A stretch of 64,000 bases of DNA from Chloroflexota bacterium (GTDB lineage Bacteria; Chloroflexota; Anaerolineae; Anaerolineales; UBA4823): NCBI GenBank assembly GCA_029782365.1, contig JAKOUW010000096.1:298467-362466 (forward strand), written 5' to 3'. The position numbers and the translations under genes were made by a program. Numbering within the stretch: position 1 is the stretch's first letter; the number at the start of each line of letters is the position of its first letter. The notes below the pieces were generated by a model, which made no database searches, was not told the origin of the DNA, and saw only the letters and a list, made by a program, of their open reading frames with translations. Positions 21,213-31,016 of this stretch are shown one piece after another.

Positions 21213-21971
21213 ATGGAAAAAATATCCGAACCCGAGTCCGAAATTGGTTTGTTGCAAAGAAAATCGCTCAAAGAAGAGTTATTTGAGATTCTTCAACACC
21301 AGATTATCGCTGGCAAATATGCACCTGGCGAGTGGTTGCGGCAGGAAGAAATATCCTCTCAATTTCATGTCAGCCAGACGCCCGTCCGCGAAGCACTGGA
21401 TTTACTTGTTTCTACAGGTCTTGCCGAACGAGTGCCTTACCGCGGTGTGCGCGTCATTCAACTCACTCAGCAGGAAATGGTAGATGCCTACATTCTCCGT
21501 CTGATTCTGGAAAGCATCGCCGCAGGTTTAGCTGCTCAAAATGCCGATGCCGACCAAACTGAATTCCTCTTCAAAACCTTGCAAGCCACCCGCGACTTAC
21601 TCAACCTACAAGACATGCCCCGCCTGCGCGAGCTTAATCGAGATTTCCACAAAACAATCGTCATGGCCGCTGGCAATGCATTGTTGTTTAAGTTGTATGA
21701 TTTGGCATCAAACACCTTTCCAGATTGGATGTTGTATGAAGCGATGTTTCGCCACCCGGAATTGCTCGCTTCCAGCCTGAACAATGAATATCACGAACAC
21801 CTTGAAATTGCCAACGCCATTGCCTCTCACCAGCCAGGCGAAGCAGCACGAACTGTTTGGCAGCATATTTACAACCTGGGCGCATCGTACAACGCGTTGT
21901 TGGCCATCCCTCAGGCGGAGATTTGGGAAAAAGAACGCCAGATTCTCGCGTTTTTATGTATTTCAAAATAA
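21213..21971 (+). CDS. GntR-family transcriptional regulator (FadR/FCD subfamily)
   Basis: wHTH VSQTPVREALDLLVSTGL. C-terminal FCD-like helical domain. Confidence 0.8.
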   Translation: MEKISEPESEIGLLQRKSLKEELFEILQHQIIAGKYAPGEWLRQEEISSQFHVSQTPVREALDLLVSTGLAERVPYRGVRVIQLTQQEMVDAYILRLILESIAAGLAAQNADADQTEFLFKTLQATRDLLNLQDMPRLRELNRDFHKTIVMAAGNALLFKLYDLASNTFPDWMLYEAMFRHPELLASSLNNEYHEHLEIANAIASHQPGEAARTVWQHIYNLGASYNALLAIPQAEIWEKERQILAFLCISK

Positions 21972-22007
21972 TCCATTGTTATCCCACCCCATATAAGGAG
22001 TAATTTT

Positions 22008-22658
22008 ATGACAACCGAACTGTTTTCCGCAATGGCGCAAAGCATCATCGACGGCGATGCTGACGTAGCGATCGAACTGGCCCAAAAAGCGATTGCCTCC
22101 GGTATGGACCCGCTTGAGGCTATCACTCAGGGGTATGTGGTTGGAGTCAACCAAGTGGGTGATGCTTTTAGCAATGGTGATGCCTTCTTACCCGAGCTGG
22201 TTATGGCAGGAGAGGCAATGAAGGCGGCTGTCGCCACCCTGGAGCCAGAAATGGCTCGCCGAGGAACTCAACGCGAAGTTTTTGGCAAAGTGGTTCTCGC
22301 TACGGTCGAGGGCGATATTCATGAAATCGGAAAATCCCTGGTGGGCACCATGTTATCAGCCTCCGGATTCCAGGTTTACGATCTGGGAGTCGATGCCTCT
22401 TCAGCGAAAATCCTTGCCAAAGTGCGTGAAGTAAACGCCGACATCGTGGCTCTTAGCGCCCTGCTCACCACAACCATGGTCAAGCAAAAAGAAGTGATCG
22501 AAGTGCTGACCCGGGAAGGCATGCATGGCAAAGTGAAAGTCATGGTGGGCGGCGCGCCGGTCACCCGTGAGTGGGTCAACAAGATTGGCGCGGATGGTTA
22601 CAGCGAAGATGCGATCGGTGCAGTTCATGTCGCCAAGCAGTTAGTCGGAAAAGAATGA
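22008..22658 (+). CDS. Methyltransferase cognate corrinoid protein (B12-binding, MtgC/MttC-like)
   Basis: B12-binding DxHxxG motif (EGDIHEIGKS). N-terminal B12 cap helix bundle. Confidence 0.85.
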   Translation: MTTELFSAMAQSIIDGDADVAIELAQKAIASGMDPLEAITQGYVVGVNQVGDAFSNGDAFLPELVMAGEAMKAAVATLEPEMARRGTQREVFGKVVLATVEGDIHEIGKSLVGTMLSASGFQVYDLGVDASSAKILAKVREVNADIVALSALLTTTMVKQKEVIEVLTREGMHGKVKVMVGGAPVTREWVNKIGADGYSEDAIGAVHVAKQLVGKE

Positions 22659-22671
22659 TCCGGTAACCACT

Positions 22672-24120
22672 ATGGCTGGAATGATTAAATCCATCACCGA
22701 TCCCAAACTGCATTTGGATATCCTCACACCCGCAGAGATCAAACGCCTGCATGAAGCCTCACTGGAGATCATTGAAACTGTTGGGGTGCGTTTTCCCTCT
22801 CACAGGGCTCTAGAAATCTGGCAGTCATTCGGAGCGCAGGTTGATTTCAAAACCATGGTCGTTAAAGCCAATGCCACATTAATCGAGACAGCTCTTCAAA
22901 AAGCGCCCCCTGCTTATTCGCTGGCAGCGCGCCGCCCAGAAGAAGACTGCTTGATGGATGGGAACCATGTGTATCTGGGCACAGATGGCTGCGGAGTCGA
23001 AATTCTCGATATCCACACCGGCCAGCGGCGCACCACCTGTTTACAGGATGTCGCAGACATCGTTCGGGTTGCAGATGCGGTTCCCGAAATTGGCTTCCAT
23101 TGGATTGCCGTTTCTGCCCAAGATAAACCTGTCGAGACACGTGGCCTGCACGAAATCCTGACTGCCTGGGAAAATTCAACCAAGCATGTGCAAACTGAGA
23201 GTATCTATCACGATCGTGAAGCACGCGCAGCTATTGAGATGGCCGCAATTGTAGCTGGGGGCAAGGATAAACTGCGCCATCGCCCAGTGCTTTCGTTGAT
23301 GCAGTGCACTGCCCCTCCGCTCGGACATGACGGCGGCAGCCTGGATGCGGCCCTATTGGCGGCTGAACATGGCATTCCCACCGGCTTTATGACTATGGCC
23401 TCTTGCCTGACCACCGGTCCCGCTACGATGGCTGGGACACTCGTGGTTGGCAACGCTGAGGTGATCTCAGCCACTGCGCTGCTTCAACTTGCCTTTCCAG
23501 GTGCGCCAGTATTTTACGCAGCAGCTCAAACCGCATCTGACTTGAGAACAGGTGCATACACCGGAGGAGGCCCTGAAGATTTTCTATTCGGAGCAGCGAC
23601 GAATGCCCTTGCCGATTATTACCATATTCCTCTTTCGATGGGCTCCTTTGCAACAGGCGCAAAAGAACCCAACTGGCAGGCTGGCGTTGAAAACAGCCTT
23701 TCCACCTTCATGGCCTCTGTCGTCATGTCGGATATGCTGCTTGGCGCCGGTTTGTTGCACGGCAGCCGTATCTGGTCATTTGCTCAAATGTTAATGGATT
23801 GTGAGATTTTTTCGATGATCCACAAAGTCATGCAAGGCATCCGTGTCGACGAAGAGTCACTCGCCTTGCAGGCGATCGCCAATGTAGGCCCAGGAGGCAA
23901 TTTCCTATCGCAAAAACATACCAAGGCTCACATGCGCGATTTGTTCTTGCCTCAATATATGGACCGCCGGCCTTACAACGAATGGGAAGCTAAAAAAGAC
24001 AACGCACCGGATTGGGCTTTGGAAAAGGCGCGTAAAATCCTGTCCACACACCGACCCGATCCCCTAGATCAGGGTATTACGCGGGAACTCAAGCGCATCA
24101 TCGCCGGTTTGGAAAAGTGA
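22672..24120 (+). CDS. MttB-superfamily methyltransferase paralog 1 (non-pyrrolysine; quaternary amine:corrinoid methyltransferase, MtgB-like)
   Basis: About 480-aa TIM-barrel MttB-family sequence. Uninterrupted ORF with no in-frame amber codon. Confidence 0.75.
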   Translation: MAGMIKSITDPKLHLDILTPAEIKRLHEASLEIIETVGVRFPSHRALEIWQSFGAQVDFKTMVVKANATLIETALQKAPPAYSLAARRPEEDCLMDGNHVYLGTDGCGVEILDIHTGQRRTTCLQDVADIVRVADAVPEIGFHWIAVSAQDKPVETRGLHEILTAWENSTKHVQTESIYHDREARAAIEMAAIVAGGKDKLRHRPVLSLMQCTAPPLGHDGGSLDAALLAAEHGIPTGFMTMASCLTTGPATMAGTLVVGNAEVISATALLQLAFPGAPVFYAAAQTASDLRTGAYTGGGPEDFLFGAATNALADYYHIPLSMGSFATGAKEPNWQAGVENSLSTFMASVVMSDMLLGAGLLHGSRIWSFAQMLMDCEIFSMIHKVMQGIRVDEESLALQAIANVGPGGNFLSQKHTKAHMRDLFLPQYMDRRPYNEWEAKKDNAPDWALEKARKILSTHRPDPLDQGITRELKRIIAGLEK

Positions 24121-25581
24121 GTGTCTATGCAGCCAAGAATTGAACAACTTACTCCCGATTTGCTGAATCGCATCCTGGACGAAGCATTTCAACTCATGCA
24201 AAAGCCTGGCATCAAAGTTCAATCAACAGAAGCGCGCAACTTGCTCGCCAGCGCGGGCGCTCAGGTTGATAAGGACACCGAGGTTGTCCGTATTTCCGAA
24301 GATCTGGTGCGTAGATCTCTAGCCACCGTACCGGCGTCCTTCAATTTGTACGATCGGTTTGGCAACTTTGCCATTACTTTCGGCGGCGACTCGGTCAATT
24401 TCGACCCGGGTTCTTCAGGAGTCCACATCCTTGATCCTGAGACATTGGAGCACAGGCCATCGTATGCCCCAGACTTGTTGAAGGTGATCCAGGTAGCTGA
24501 AATGCTGCCCCAATATGCCGCCCAATCTACCGCAATTGTATGCAACGAACTCCCGAAGGCAATTGGCGACCTTTACCGGCTTTACCTCGTTTTGTCTTAT
24601 TCTCAGAAGCCGGTTATCACGGGCTCATTCACAATCCACTCCCTGCAGACTATGTTTGATATGCTGGCGTTATTTGCTGGGGGGCGCTCAGCTCTGGCTG
24701 AAAAGCCCCAGGCCGTTTTTGATGTGTGCCCATCTCCGCCTTTAATCTGGAGTGAATTTGGCGCGCAAAATTTGATCGAGCTGGCCCGAGCCGGCGTTCC
24801 AGCCGAAATAGTCTCGATGCCGCTCGCGGGCGCCACAGCGCCGGTCACATTGCTCGGTTCAATCGTTCAGCATGCCGCTGAATGCTTGAGCGGTATCACA
24901 ATTCACCAACTGGCAAAACCCGGCTCTCCGATCGTTTGGGGCGGCGCACCAGCGATCTTTGACATGCGCAAAGGAACCACCCCGATGGGTGCGATCGAAA
25001 CAGCCATGATCGATGCGGCCTATGCCCAGGTGGGTAAATCCCTCTCCTTACCAACGCACACCTATTTGGGCGCTTCAGATGCCAAAATCGTTGATGCACA
25101 GGCTGGCATGGAAAGCGGCATGTCTGCCCTGGTAGGCGCCTTGGCTGGCATTAACATGATTTCCGGTGCAGGTATGCTGGACTTTTTGGCCTGCCAGAGC
25201 CCGGAGAAGCTGGTGATTGACGCTGAAGCGATTTCGATGGCTCTTCGCATGGTGCAGGGTATTCAACTGCGTACCAATACGCTTGCAGTCGAATTGTTTG
25301 AAGGGATCAATTTCAAAGGTGATTTTCTCAAACAGCGTTATACGCGCACCTTGTTTAGCCAAGAACAGGTGATTCCCTCTTTTGTCATTGACCGCGATTC
25401 AATCCGCGGTTGGCAGGAAAGTGGCAGCCTGGATACTTTCCAGCGCGCCATAAAACGCACCAATCAGCTCTTGCAGGCCTATCGCAAACCAGAATTCAAC
25501 CCGGCTGTCCTGTCAGAGCTTGATAACCTGGTTCTATCACTGGCTCGGCAAGCTGGTATGGACAAACTCCCGGTCGTTTAA
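24121..25581 (+). CDS. MttB-superfamily methyltransferase paralog 2 (non-pyrrolysine)
   Basis: Second 486-aa MttB-family ORF immediately downstream. Alternative ATG start at 24127. Confidence 0.75.
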   Translation: MSMQPRIEQLTPDLLNRILDEAFQLMQKPGIKVQSTEARNLLASAGAQVDKDTEVVRISEDLVRRSLATVPASFNLYDRFGNFAITFGGDSVNFDPGSSGVHILDPETLEHRPSYAPDLLKVIQVAEMLPQYAAQSTAIVCNELPKAIGDLYRLYLVLSYSQKPVITGSFTIHSLQTMFDMLALFAGGRSALAEKPQAVFDVCPSPPLIWSEFGAQNLIELARAGVPAEIVSMPLAGATAPVTLLGSIVQHAAECLSGITIHQLAKPGSPIVWGGAPAIFDMRKGTTPMGAIETAMIDAAYAQVGKSLSLPTHTYLGASDAKIVDAQAGMESGMSALVGALAGINMISGAGMLDFLACQSPEKLVIDAEAISMALRMVQGIQLRTNTLAVELFEGINFKGDFLKQRYTRTLFSQEQVIPSFVIDRDSIRGWQESGSLDTFQRAIKRTNQLLQAYRKPEFNPAVLSELDNLVLSLARQAGMDKLPVV

Positions 25582-25584
25582 ACC

Positions 25585-26766
25585 ATGGACAGCATGCTCT
25601 ACGCGGCGCAGCAAATCAAGGAACAACTGGTTGCCTGGCGGCGTGATATTCACATGCACCCCGAACTGGGATTTGAGGAAAAGCGCACATCAACATTGGT
25701 CGCAGACACTTTAGAAAGTTTGGGCTGGAAGGTACAGCGCGGTGTCGGTAAAACCGGCGTGGTGGCAGAATATGCCATACATCCTTCAGAAGGCCCTACC
25801 GTCGCCATACGCGCGGATATGGATGCCCTGCCTATCGAAGAAGCCAATGACCTTTCATTCAAATCCTGCTACCCAGGCGTGATGCATGCGTGTGGGCATG
25901 ACTGCCACACCGCAATGCTGCTGGGGGCGGCCAGCCTCCTGGTGAAAGAGGAATTCCCCGGAGTGATTCGCCTCCTTTTCCAACCCTCTGAAGAGCGCTC
26001 TGATCAGGAGGGCTTCTCCGGCGCCGCGCGGATGATACAAGATGGCGCCATGCAAGCTGTTGACCTGGTGTTGGCCTTACATGTCGATCCTTCTACCCCT
26101 GTTGGAATGGTGCGCATTTCTTCAGGTCCCTCGTCGGGCGGAGTCGATTCTTTCAGCGGTAGGATCATTGGCAAAGGCGGTCATGGAGCTCGGCCGCATG
26201 AAGCAATTGACCCTTTCTACCTTTCGGCTTTCGTTATACTGGCGATCAACGGAATTTTCTCCAGGCGCATTGATCCCTTCGACGCCAATGTGGTCAGCAT
26301 CGGAGCAGTGCACGGTGGGCAAGTCGCAAATGTAATTCCGGATCATGTCGATTTGACAGGCACGATTCGTTTCACAGAAAAACGAGTCCAACACAAACTG
26401 CATGCTGAAATCCGGAGGTGTTTTGAGGTGGTGCGGCCGCTCGGTGGTGATTATACATTGTCTTTTGAAATTGGTCTCCCGCCGATGATCAACCATCCCT
26501 CTGCCGCAAGACTGGTTCAACGCACAGCAAGCGAACTCTTGGGGCAGGCTAATGTTCTTCCGATGGAAAGAGAATTGGGCGCAGAAGATTTCGGTTTACT
26601 TTCCGAGGTGTGCCCGGGTGCTATGTTTGTCCTGGGTACAAAAATAGAAGGCGACCAGCGGTTTGGCCATAATTCCAGGTTTGATATTGACGAAAACGCA
26701 CTGCCGATTGGCACGGCTGTTTTGGCGCAGAGTGCTTTAGATTTCTTGCGCCATTCGAATAAATGA
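25585..26766 (+). CDS. M20D-family amidohydrolase (hippurate hydrolase / N-acyl-amino acid amidohydrolase-like)
   Basis: MHACGHDCHTAMLLGAA metal-binding motif of M20D. Confidence 0.8.
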   Translation: MDSMLYAAQQIKEQLVAWRRDIHMHPELGFEEKRTSTLVADTLESLGWKVQRGVGKTGVVAEYAIHPSEGPTVAIRADMDALPIEEANDLSFKSCYPGVMHACGHDCHTAMLLGAASLLVKEEFPGVIRLLFQPSEERSDQEGFSGAARMIQDGAMQAVDLVLALHVDPSTPVGMVRISSGPSSGGVDSFSGRIIGKGGHGARPHEAIDPFYLSAFVILAINGIFSRRIDPFDANVVSIGAVHGGQVANVIPDHVDLTGTIRFTEKRVQHKLHAEIRRCFEVVRPLGGDYTLSFEIGLPPMINHPSAARLVQRTASELLGQANVLPMERELGAEDFGLLSEVCPGAMFVLGTKIEGDQRFGHNSRFDIDENALPIGTAVLAQSALDFLRHSNK

Positions 26767-26792
26767 CAAACGTCACCTCTTATCGGTACAAT
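26763..26792 (+). promoter_or_regulatory. Putative internal sigma70-like promoter (ATGACA-18-TACAAT) upstream of the MtrH-like gene
   Basis: Hexamers read from sequence. A 119-nt gap precedes the downstream gene. Confidence 0.3.
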
Positions 26793-26885
26793 CAGGACAC
26801 TTTACTTGTTGTAAAATTAACCGATCCTCGAATCTGCTTAGAAAACAAGAATCCAGCCACGATATGATTTGACGAAGGAGATTGT

Positions 26886-27764
26886 ATGAACACTGTATTA
26901 AAGGGCTCACGGAAAGAAGTGAAAATTAGCATAGAGCGGCCATTTGTTATGATTGGCGAAAAAATCAACCCGACTGGACACAAGAAGCTGGCCGCTGCGC
27001 TCTCATCTGGCAATCTGGATTATGTGCGCGACCTAGCAAATCGCCAGCTTTCCTGGGGTGCCGATGTGCTGGATATTAACGTCGGAGTTCCGGGCTTGGA
27101 TGAGGTTGCCTTAGTGCGCCAGGTCGTGGAACTGGTCTCTTCCCTTACAGACGCACCGCTGTGCCTTGATTCCGCCAATCCGGCAGTTCTAGAAGCCGGT
27201 CTGGCGCTAGCCCCTGGTAAACCACTCGTTAATTCTGTCAGCGGTGAAGAGAAGCGTCTCGAGGCCGTTCTTCCCTTAGTGAGCGCGCGCGGTGCGGCAG
27301 TGATTGGTCTGACTATGGATGATAACGGAATTCCCCAAACTGCTGAAGAGCGGGTCGCCATTGCCGAGAAAATTGTCAACCGGGCAGCACAACTTGGCAT
27401 TCCGGCAGAAGATATCATCATCGATCCATTGGTGCTGACTGTGGGTTCAGATAGCAAAGCCGGCCTGGTAACACTGCACACAATCGAGCTGGTCCGCAAA
27501 GCCTTGGGGGTTAATATCAACTTGGGCGCTTCCAATGTCTCCTTCGGATTGCCTGACCGGCCAGTTATCAACCAGGCATTCCTTACTCTGGCGATTCAGG
27601 CCGGTGCTACCTGTGCCATCACAGATCCCTCCAAGCTGGGTTCCACAATTCGTGCCACAGATTTGCTCCTGGGCAAAGACGACTATTCAGCGCGTTATAT
27701 CAAGTATTTCCGGCAGGCGGAAAAACTGCGCGCTGCTGAAAGTGCTCCCACACCAATCGCCTGA
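26886..27764 (+). CDS. Methylcorrinoid:tetrahydrofolate methyltransferase (pterin-binding, MtrH/AcsE/MtgA-like)
   Basis: IGEKINPTG, LDINVGVPG and NLGASNVSFG pterin-binding signatures. Confidence 0.85.
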   Translation: MNTVLKGSRKEVKISIERPFVMIGEKINPTGHKKLAAALSSGNLDYVRDLANRQLSWGADVLDINVGVPGLDEVALVRQVVELVSSLTDAPLCLDSANPAVLEAGLALAPGKPLVNSVSGEEKRLEAVLPLVSARGAAVIGLTMDDNGIPQTAEERVAIAEKIVNRAAQLGIPAEDIIIDPLVLTVGSDSKAGLVTLHTIELVRKALGVNINLGASNVSFGLPDRPVINQAFLTLAIQAGATCAITDPSKLGSTIRATDLLLGKDDYSARYIKYFRQAEKLRAAESAPTPIA

Positions 27765-29621
27765 ATGAAATCAGAGCAGGTTGAAGTCATCCTACAGCCA
27801 GTTGGCCGGCGTGTGTTAGTCACTCCAGGCATTACTTTGCTTGAAGCTGCACGCCAGGCAGGCGTTGAATTGGTTGCCATCTGCGGTGGTGAGGGCATTT
27901 GCTCAGAATGCAAAGTGCGCCCGATGTCCGGCAAGTTTTCTCCTCCGACCTTGTCAGAGTCAGCAGAACTTTCCGCCGAGGAATTGGCTGGTGGTGTGCG
28001 CCTGGCCTGCCAGACTCTGGTGCTCAGCAGCGCCTTAGTTGAAATTCCACCAGCGTCTCTCACCACGCCTCAGCGCTTACAAATCGAAGGCCAGGAACCG
28101 CCGCAAGAAATTGACCCCACGATCACCGCCGTGGATGTCGTTGTTCCAACAGCCGGTTTGAACGATCTGCGTTCTGACCACTCTCGCCTTGTAAACACTG
28201 TCCAGGCTTGCGGTTTCTCTACGGTGAAGGCAAGCCTGGATGTGCTCGCCGAAATATCTCCAACTCTCCGCAAAAAAGGCCCCAACCAAATTATCCGTGT
28301 GCTGCTGCGCCGGCTCAGCCAACACAACACCACCGAAGTAGAGCTCGTCGCGCTCCTCGATCCTGCCTCACCCTATTTCGGCCTGGCGGTTGATATTGGC
28401 ACAACAAAGTTAGCCGCATATCTGGTTGATTTGACAGATGGAAAGACTGCCGCGCGCGCAGGTGCGATGAATCCGCAAATCAGTTACGGCGAAGATGTCA
28501 TCAGCCGCATCGCGTTTACAATCAATCAGCCTGACGGAGCCAGAACTCTCCAGGCCGCTTTGGTAAACACCTTGAACAACCTGGTTGATGAGCTGTGCAC
28601 ATCCGCCGGTGTGGCCCCCTCTTCGATCGTTGACGCGGTGATTGTCGGCAACACCTGTATGCACCATTTGTTTGCCGGCCTGCCGGTTCAGCAGTTGGGA
28701 GTGGCGCCTTACGTCGCCGCTCTGAGCGATGCTTTGATGTTCCCTGCCTCTCAGGTTGGCTTGAACCTGGCGGCAGGCGCTATGGTGTATCTACCGCCGA
28801 ATATCGCCGGGTATGTTGGTGCTGATCACATTGCTATGCTGATTGGTGCCGGGTTAATTTCTACTGACCAGGCGACGATTGCGTTGGATATCGGCACCAA
28901 TACCGAAATCAGTTTGTTTTATGCTGGTAACCATTGGAGTTGCTCTTGCGCCTCCGGACCAGCCTTCGAGGGCGCCCACATTACTAATGGCATGCGCGCC
29001 GCGGCCGGTGCCATAGAACGACTGCAAATCCATGGCGATAAAGTCCAAATCAAAACGATCGAAGATCAACCGCCTGTGGGAATCTGTGGCTCCGGTATTT
29101 TAGATACTGTTGCCGAACTGCGGCGCAACGGTTTAATCGATCACCGTGGCGTTCTGAAAGGCCAGCATCCCAACTTGCGTTTGCAGCCCGCCAGAGGTGC
29201 GCCGCCTTCGGCTTTTGTCCTTGCCTCTGCCGCGGATTCTGGATCCGGTCGTGAAATCCAAGTAACACGCTTGGATATAAACGAAATTCAGCTTGCCAAA
29301 GCGGCCATTCGGACCGGTGTTGAAACATTGCTTACAGAAGCTGGCTTGCAAGATGATGATATTGAACTATTCGTGGTTGCTGGCGCATTCGGCACCTATC
29401 TCAACCTGGAAAGTGCAGTCTGCATTGGTATGTTTCCAGATCTTCCACGTCAGGTCTTTACCCAAATTGGCAACGCGGCTGGAACTGGCGCTCGGCGGAT
29501 GCTCCTTTCTGCCAGGCAGCGTGTCCTGGCCGAACACATCAGTCAGAATGTCCGGTACGTTGAGTTGGCAGCCAACCCAGCATTCCACAAGCATTACATG
29601 AACATGCTCACCTTCCCCTAA
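27765..29621 (+). CDS. Corrinoid reductive activase (RamA/RACE type: N-terminal 2Fe-2S ferredoxin plus ASKHA/DUF4445 ATPase)
   Basis: CGGEGICSECKV plant-type ferredoxin motif. DIGTNTEI and ICGSGILD ASKHA motifs. Confidence 0.8.
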   Translation: MKSEQVEVILQPVGRRVLVTPGITLLEAARQAGVELVAICGGEGICSECKVRPMSGKFSPPTLSESAELSAEELAGGVRLACQTLVLSSALVEIPPASLTTPQRLQIEGQEPPQEIDPTITAVDVVVPTAGLNDLRSDHSRLVNTVQACGFSTVKASLDVLAEISPTLRKKGPNQIIRVLLRRLSQHNTTEVELVALLDPASPYFGLAVDIGTTKLAAYLVDLTDGKTAARAGAMNPQISYGEDVISRIAFTINQPDGARTLQAALVNTLNNLVDELCTSAGVAPSSIVDAVIVGNTCMHHLFAGLPVQQLGVAPYVAALSDALMFPASQVGLNLAAGAMVYLPPNIAGYVGADHIAMLIGAGLISTDQATIALDIGTNTEISLFYAGNHWSCSCASGPAFEGAHITNGMRAAAGAIERLQIHGDKVQIKTIEDQPPVGICGSGILDTVAELRRNGLIDHRGVLKGQHPNLRLQPARGAPPSAFVLASAADSGSGREIQVTRLDINEIQLAKAAIRTGVETLLTEAGLQDDDIELFVVAGAFGTYLNLESAVCIGMFPDLPRQVFTQIGNAAGTGARRMLLSARQRVLAEHISQNVRYVELAANPAFHKHYMNMLTFP

Positions 29622-29633
29622 TAATCCATCAAC

Positions 29634-29668
29634 AAATAGCCACCATCCGGTGGCTATTTGTTTTTCTT
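29634..29668. terminator. Bidirectional rho-independent terminator
   Basis: AAATAGCCACC-ATCC-GGTGGCTATTT followed by GTTTTTCTT. Confidence 0.7.
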
Positions 29669-30818
29669 AAGGCGTTGGCGTGGCTACTGGTTGGTTACCA
29701 CCGCCCATCCACACGAACACGCGTGGCTCGCTGGTGGAGCCTGCGCTTTCATAGACAGGTTTTCCAGACGCGTCTGTGGACGCTTGCCGGACGGTGGTTA
29801 TTTTCCAACGAAATACATGCGGCGCGTTCACTTTGGGTCGCAAAGATTGCGGCAAAATGTATTTGCTGTCGCTGACATAATCCACTAATTTAACATCCCC
29901 ACCGGTCGTCACGTCATCGATTGTCACCATATACAGCTCGTCACTGCGCAGGGTGCCCACAGAAGCCCACTGCAGAATTACATTATCGGTGCCGGAAAAT
30001 GCCGCACCATCTACGGGCAACAGCAGTGCAGGCGCCTGGTACGGGGGTGGCAGTGTTGGCGTGGGGGAAGGCCCAGGAGTGGCGAATCGCATGCAGAGTG
30101 GTATCGTTAATTTTTGGCCGATGTAAACAGAATTATTGGGTAATCCGTTATAGGTGCGGACCGCCTCCATTGGCACTCCGTAAGCTGCGGCAATTCCCCC
30201 CAATGTATCATTTTGCTGTACGGTGATATCCACTTTATCACAGGCGGCCTCAGTCTGCTCCGCCGAACTGAAAGTCGCTGAGGGCAGATCGGTAGCGGTG
30301 GGCGTCGGTTGAGGTATCAACAGCGGCATGTTCACATATAAGTCACAGTTGGTGGAAAGATTGTTCAACGAAACAATGCTTTGTACGGACACTTTGTAAA
30401 ACAACGCAATGCCAGTGCAGGTTTCATTTGCTTTGACCAGATGAGTGACTGGTGTTGCCGTGGGAGCGGGCGTAAACGTGGCAGTTGGAGGCACAGGTGT
30501 GGTGGTGATCGTAACCGTTGGAGTCGGCGTCAAAGTGTTTGTTACAGTAGGGGGAATCACGATGCTGGGTTTTTGTTTGAGGGCATAGAAAACGGTCACT
30601 GCACCGATCGCCAAAGCAACCATCACCAATAGTAATGCTATCGGCAGGCTCAATGTGACTTCAGGTATTCGGCTGGGCTGGAGCTGTTTGGTCGACGTCG
30701 CGGCTTTTTCAGCGCTGCTCAAATCGGCGCCACACACCACACATCGCGCAGCGTCGGCAGCCACCTTCGAGCCGCAGGTAGGACAAAGTTTTGTTATTGA
30801 AGGTGTATCAGGGGTCAT
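29667..30818 (-). CDS. Membrane-anchored protein with N-terminal zinc ribbon, Thr/Pro-rich linkers and two LysM domains
   Basis: CPTCGSK...CVVCGAD zinc ribbon. Single TM (LPIALLLVMVALAIGAVTVFYAL). TPTPT linkers. LysM-like motifs (DTLGGIAAAYGV, ETCTGIALFY). Confidence 0.7.
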   Translation of the reverse strand: MTPDTPSITKLCPTCGSKVAADAARCVVCGADLSSAEKAATSTKQLQPSRIPEVTLSLPIALLLVMVALAIGAVTVFYALKQKPSIVIPPTVTNTLTPTPTVTITTTPVPPTATFTPAPTATPVTHLVKANETCTGIALFYKVSVQSIVSLNNLSTNCDLYVNMPLLIPQPTPTATDLPSATFSSAEQTEAACDKVDITVQQNDTLGGIAAAYGVPMEAVRTYNGLPNNSVYIGQKLTIPLCMRFATPGPSPTPTLPPPYQAPALLLPVDGAAFSGTDNVILQWASVGTLRSDELYMVTIDDVTTGGDVKLVDYVSDSKYILPQSLRPKVNAPHVFRWKITTVRQASTDASGKPVYESAGSTSEPRVFVWMGGGNQPVATPTP

Positions 30819-31016
30819 AATTTTGAGGATTATACCAGATTAAATCTGCCATTTTCCTTCGCGGCATTTCGGCAAAGCGATCTGACATGCCTCCGATGGG
30901 ATGAAACTACATTTAAAATCCTGCGTAGATTAATTGGATTCGAATGATGCTCTCTTGAAGCAGAGTATAATGTGAAGAGTGGGATTGAGTTGTTCTACCT
31001 ATCCCAAGGAGAAAAA

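Noticed and set aside
22672-25581. Checked both MttB-family genes for an internal amber (TAG) codon indicating pyrrolysine
   Set aside because: Both ORFs are uninterrupted at full MttB length (482 and 486 aa). They are therefore non-Pyl MttB homologs and no recoding is involved.
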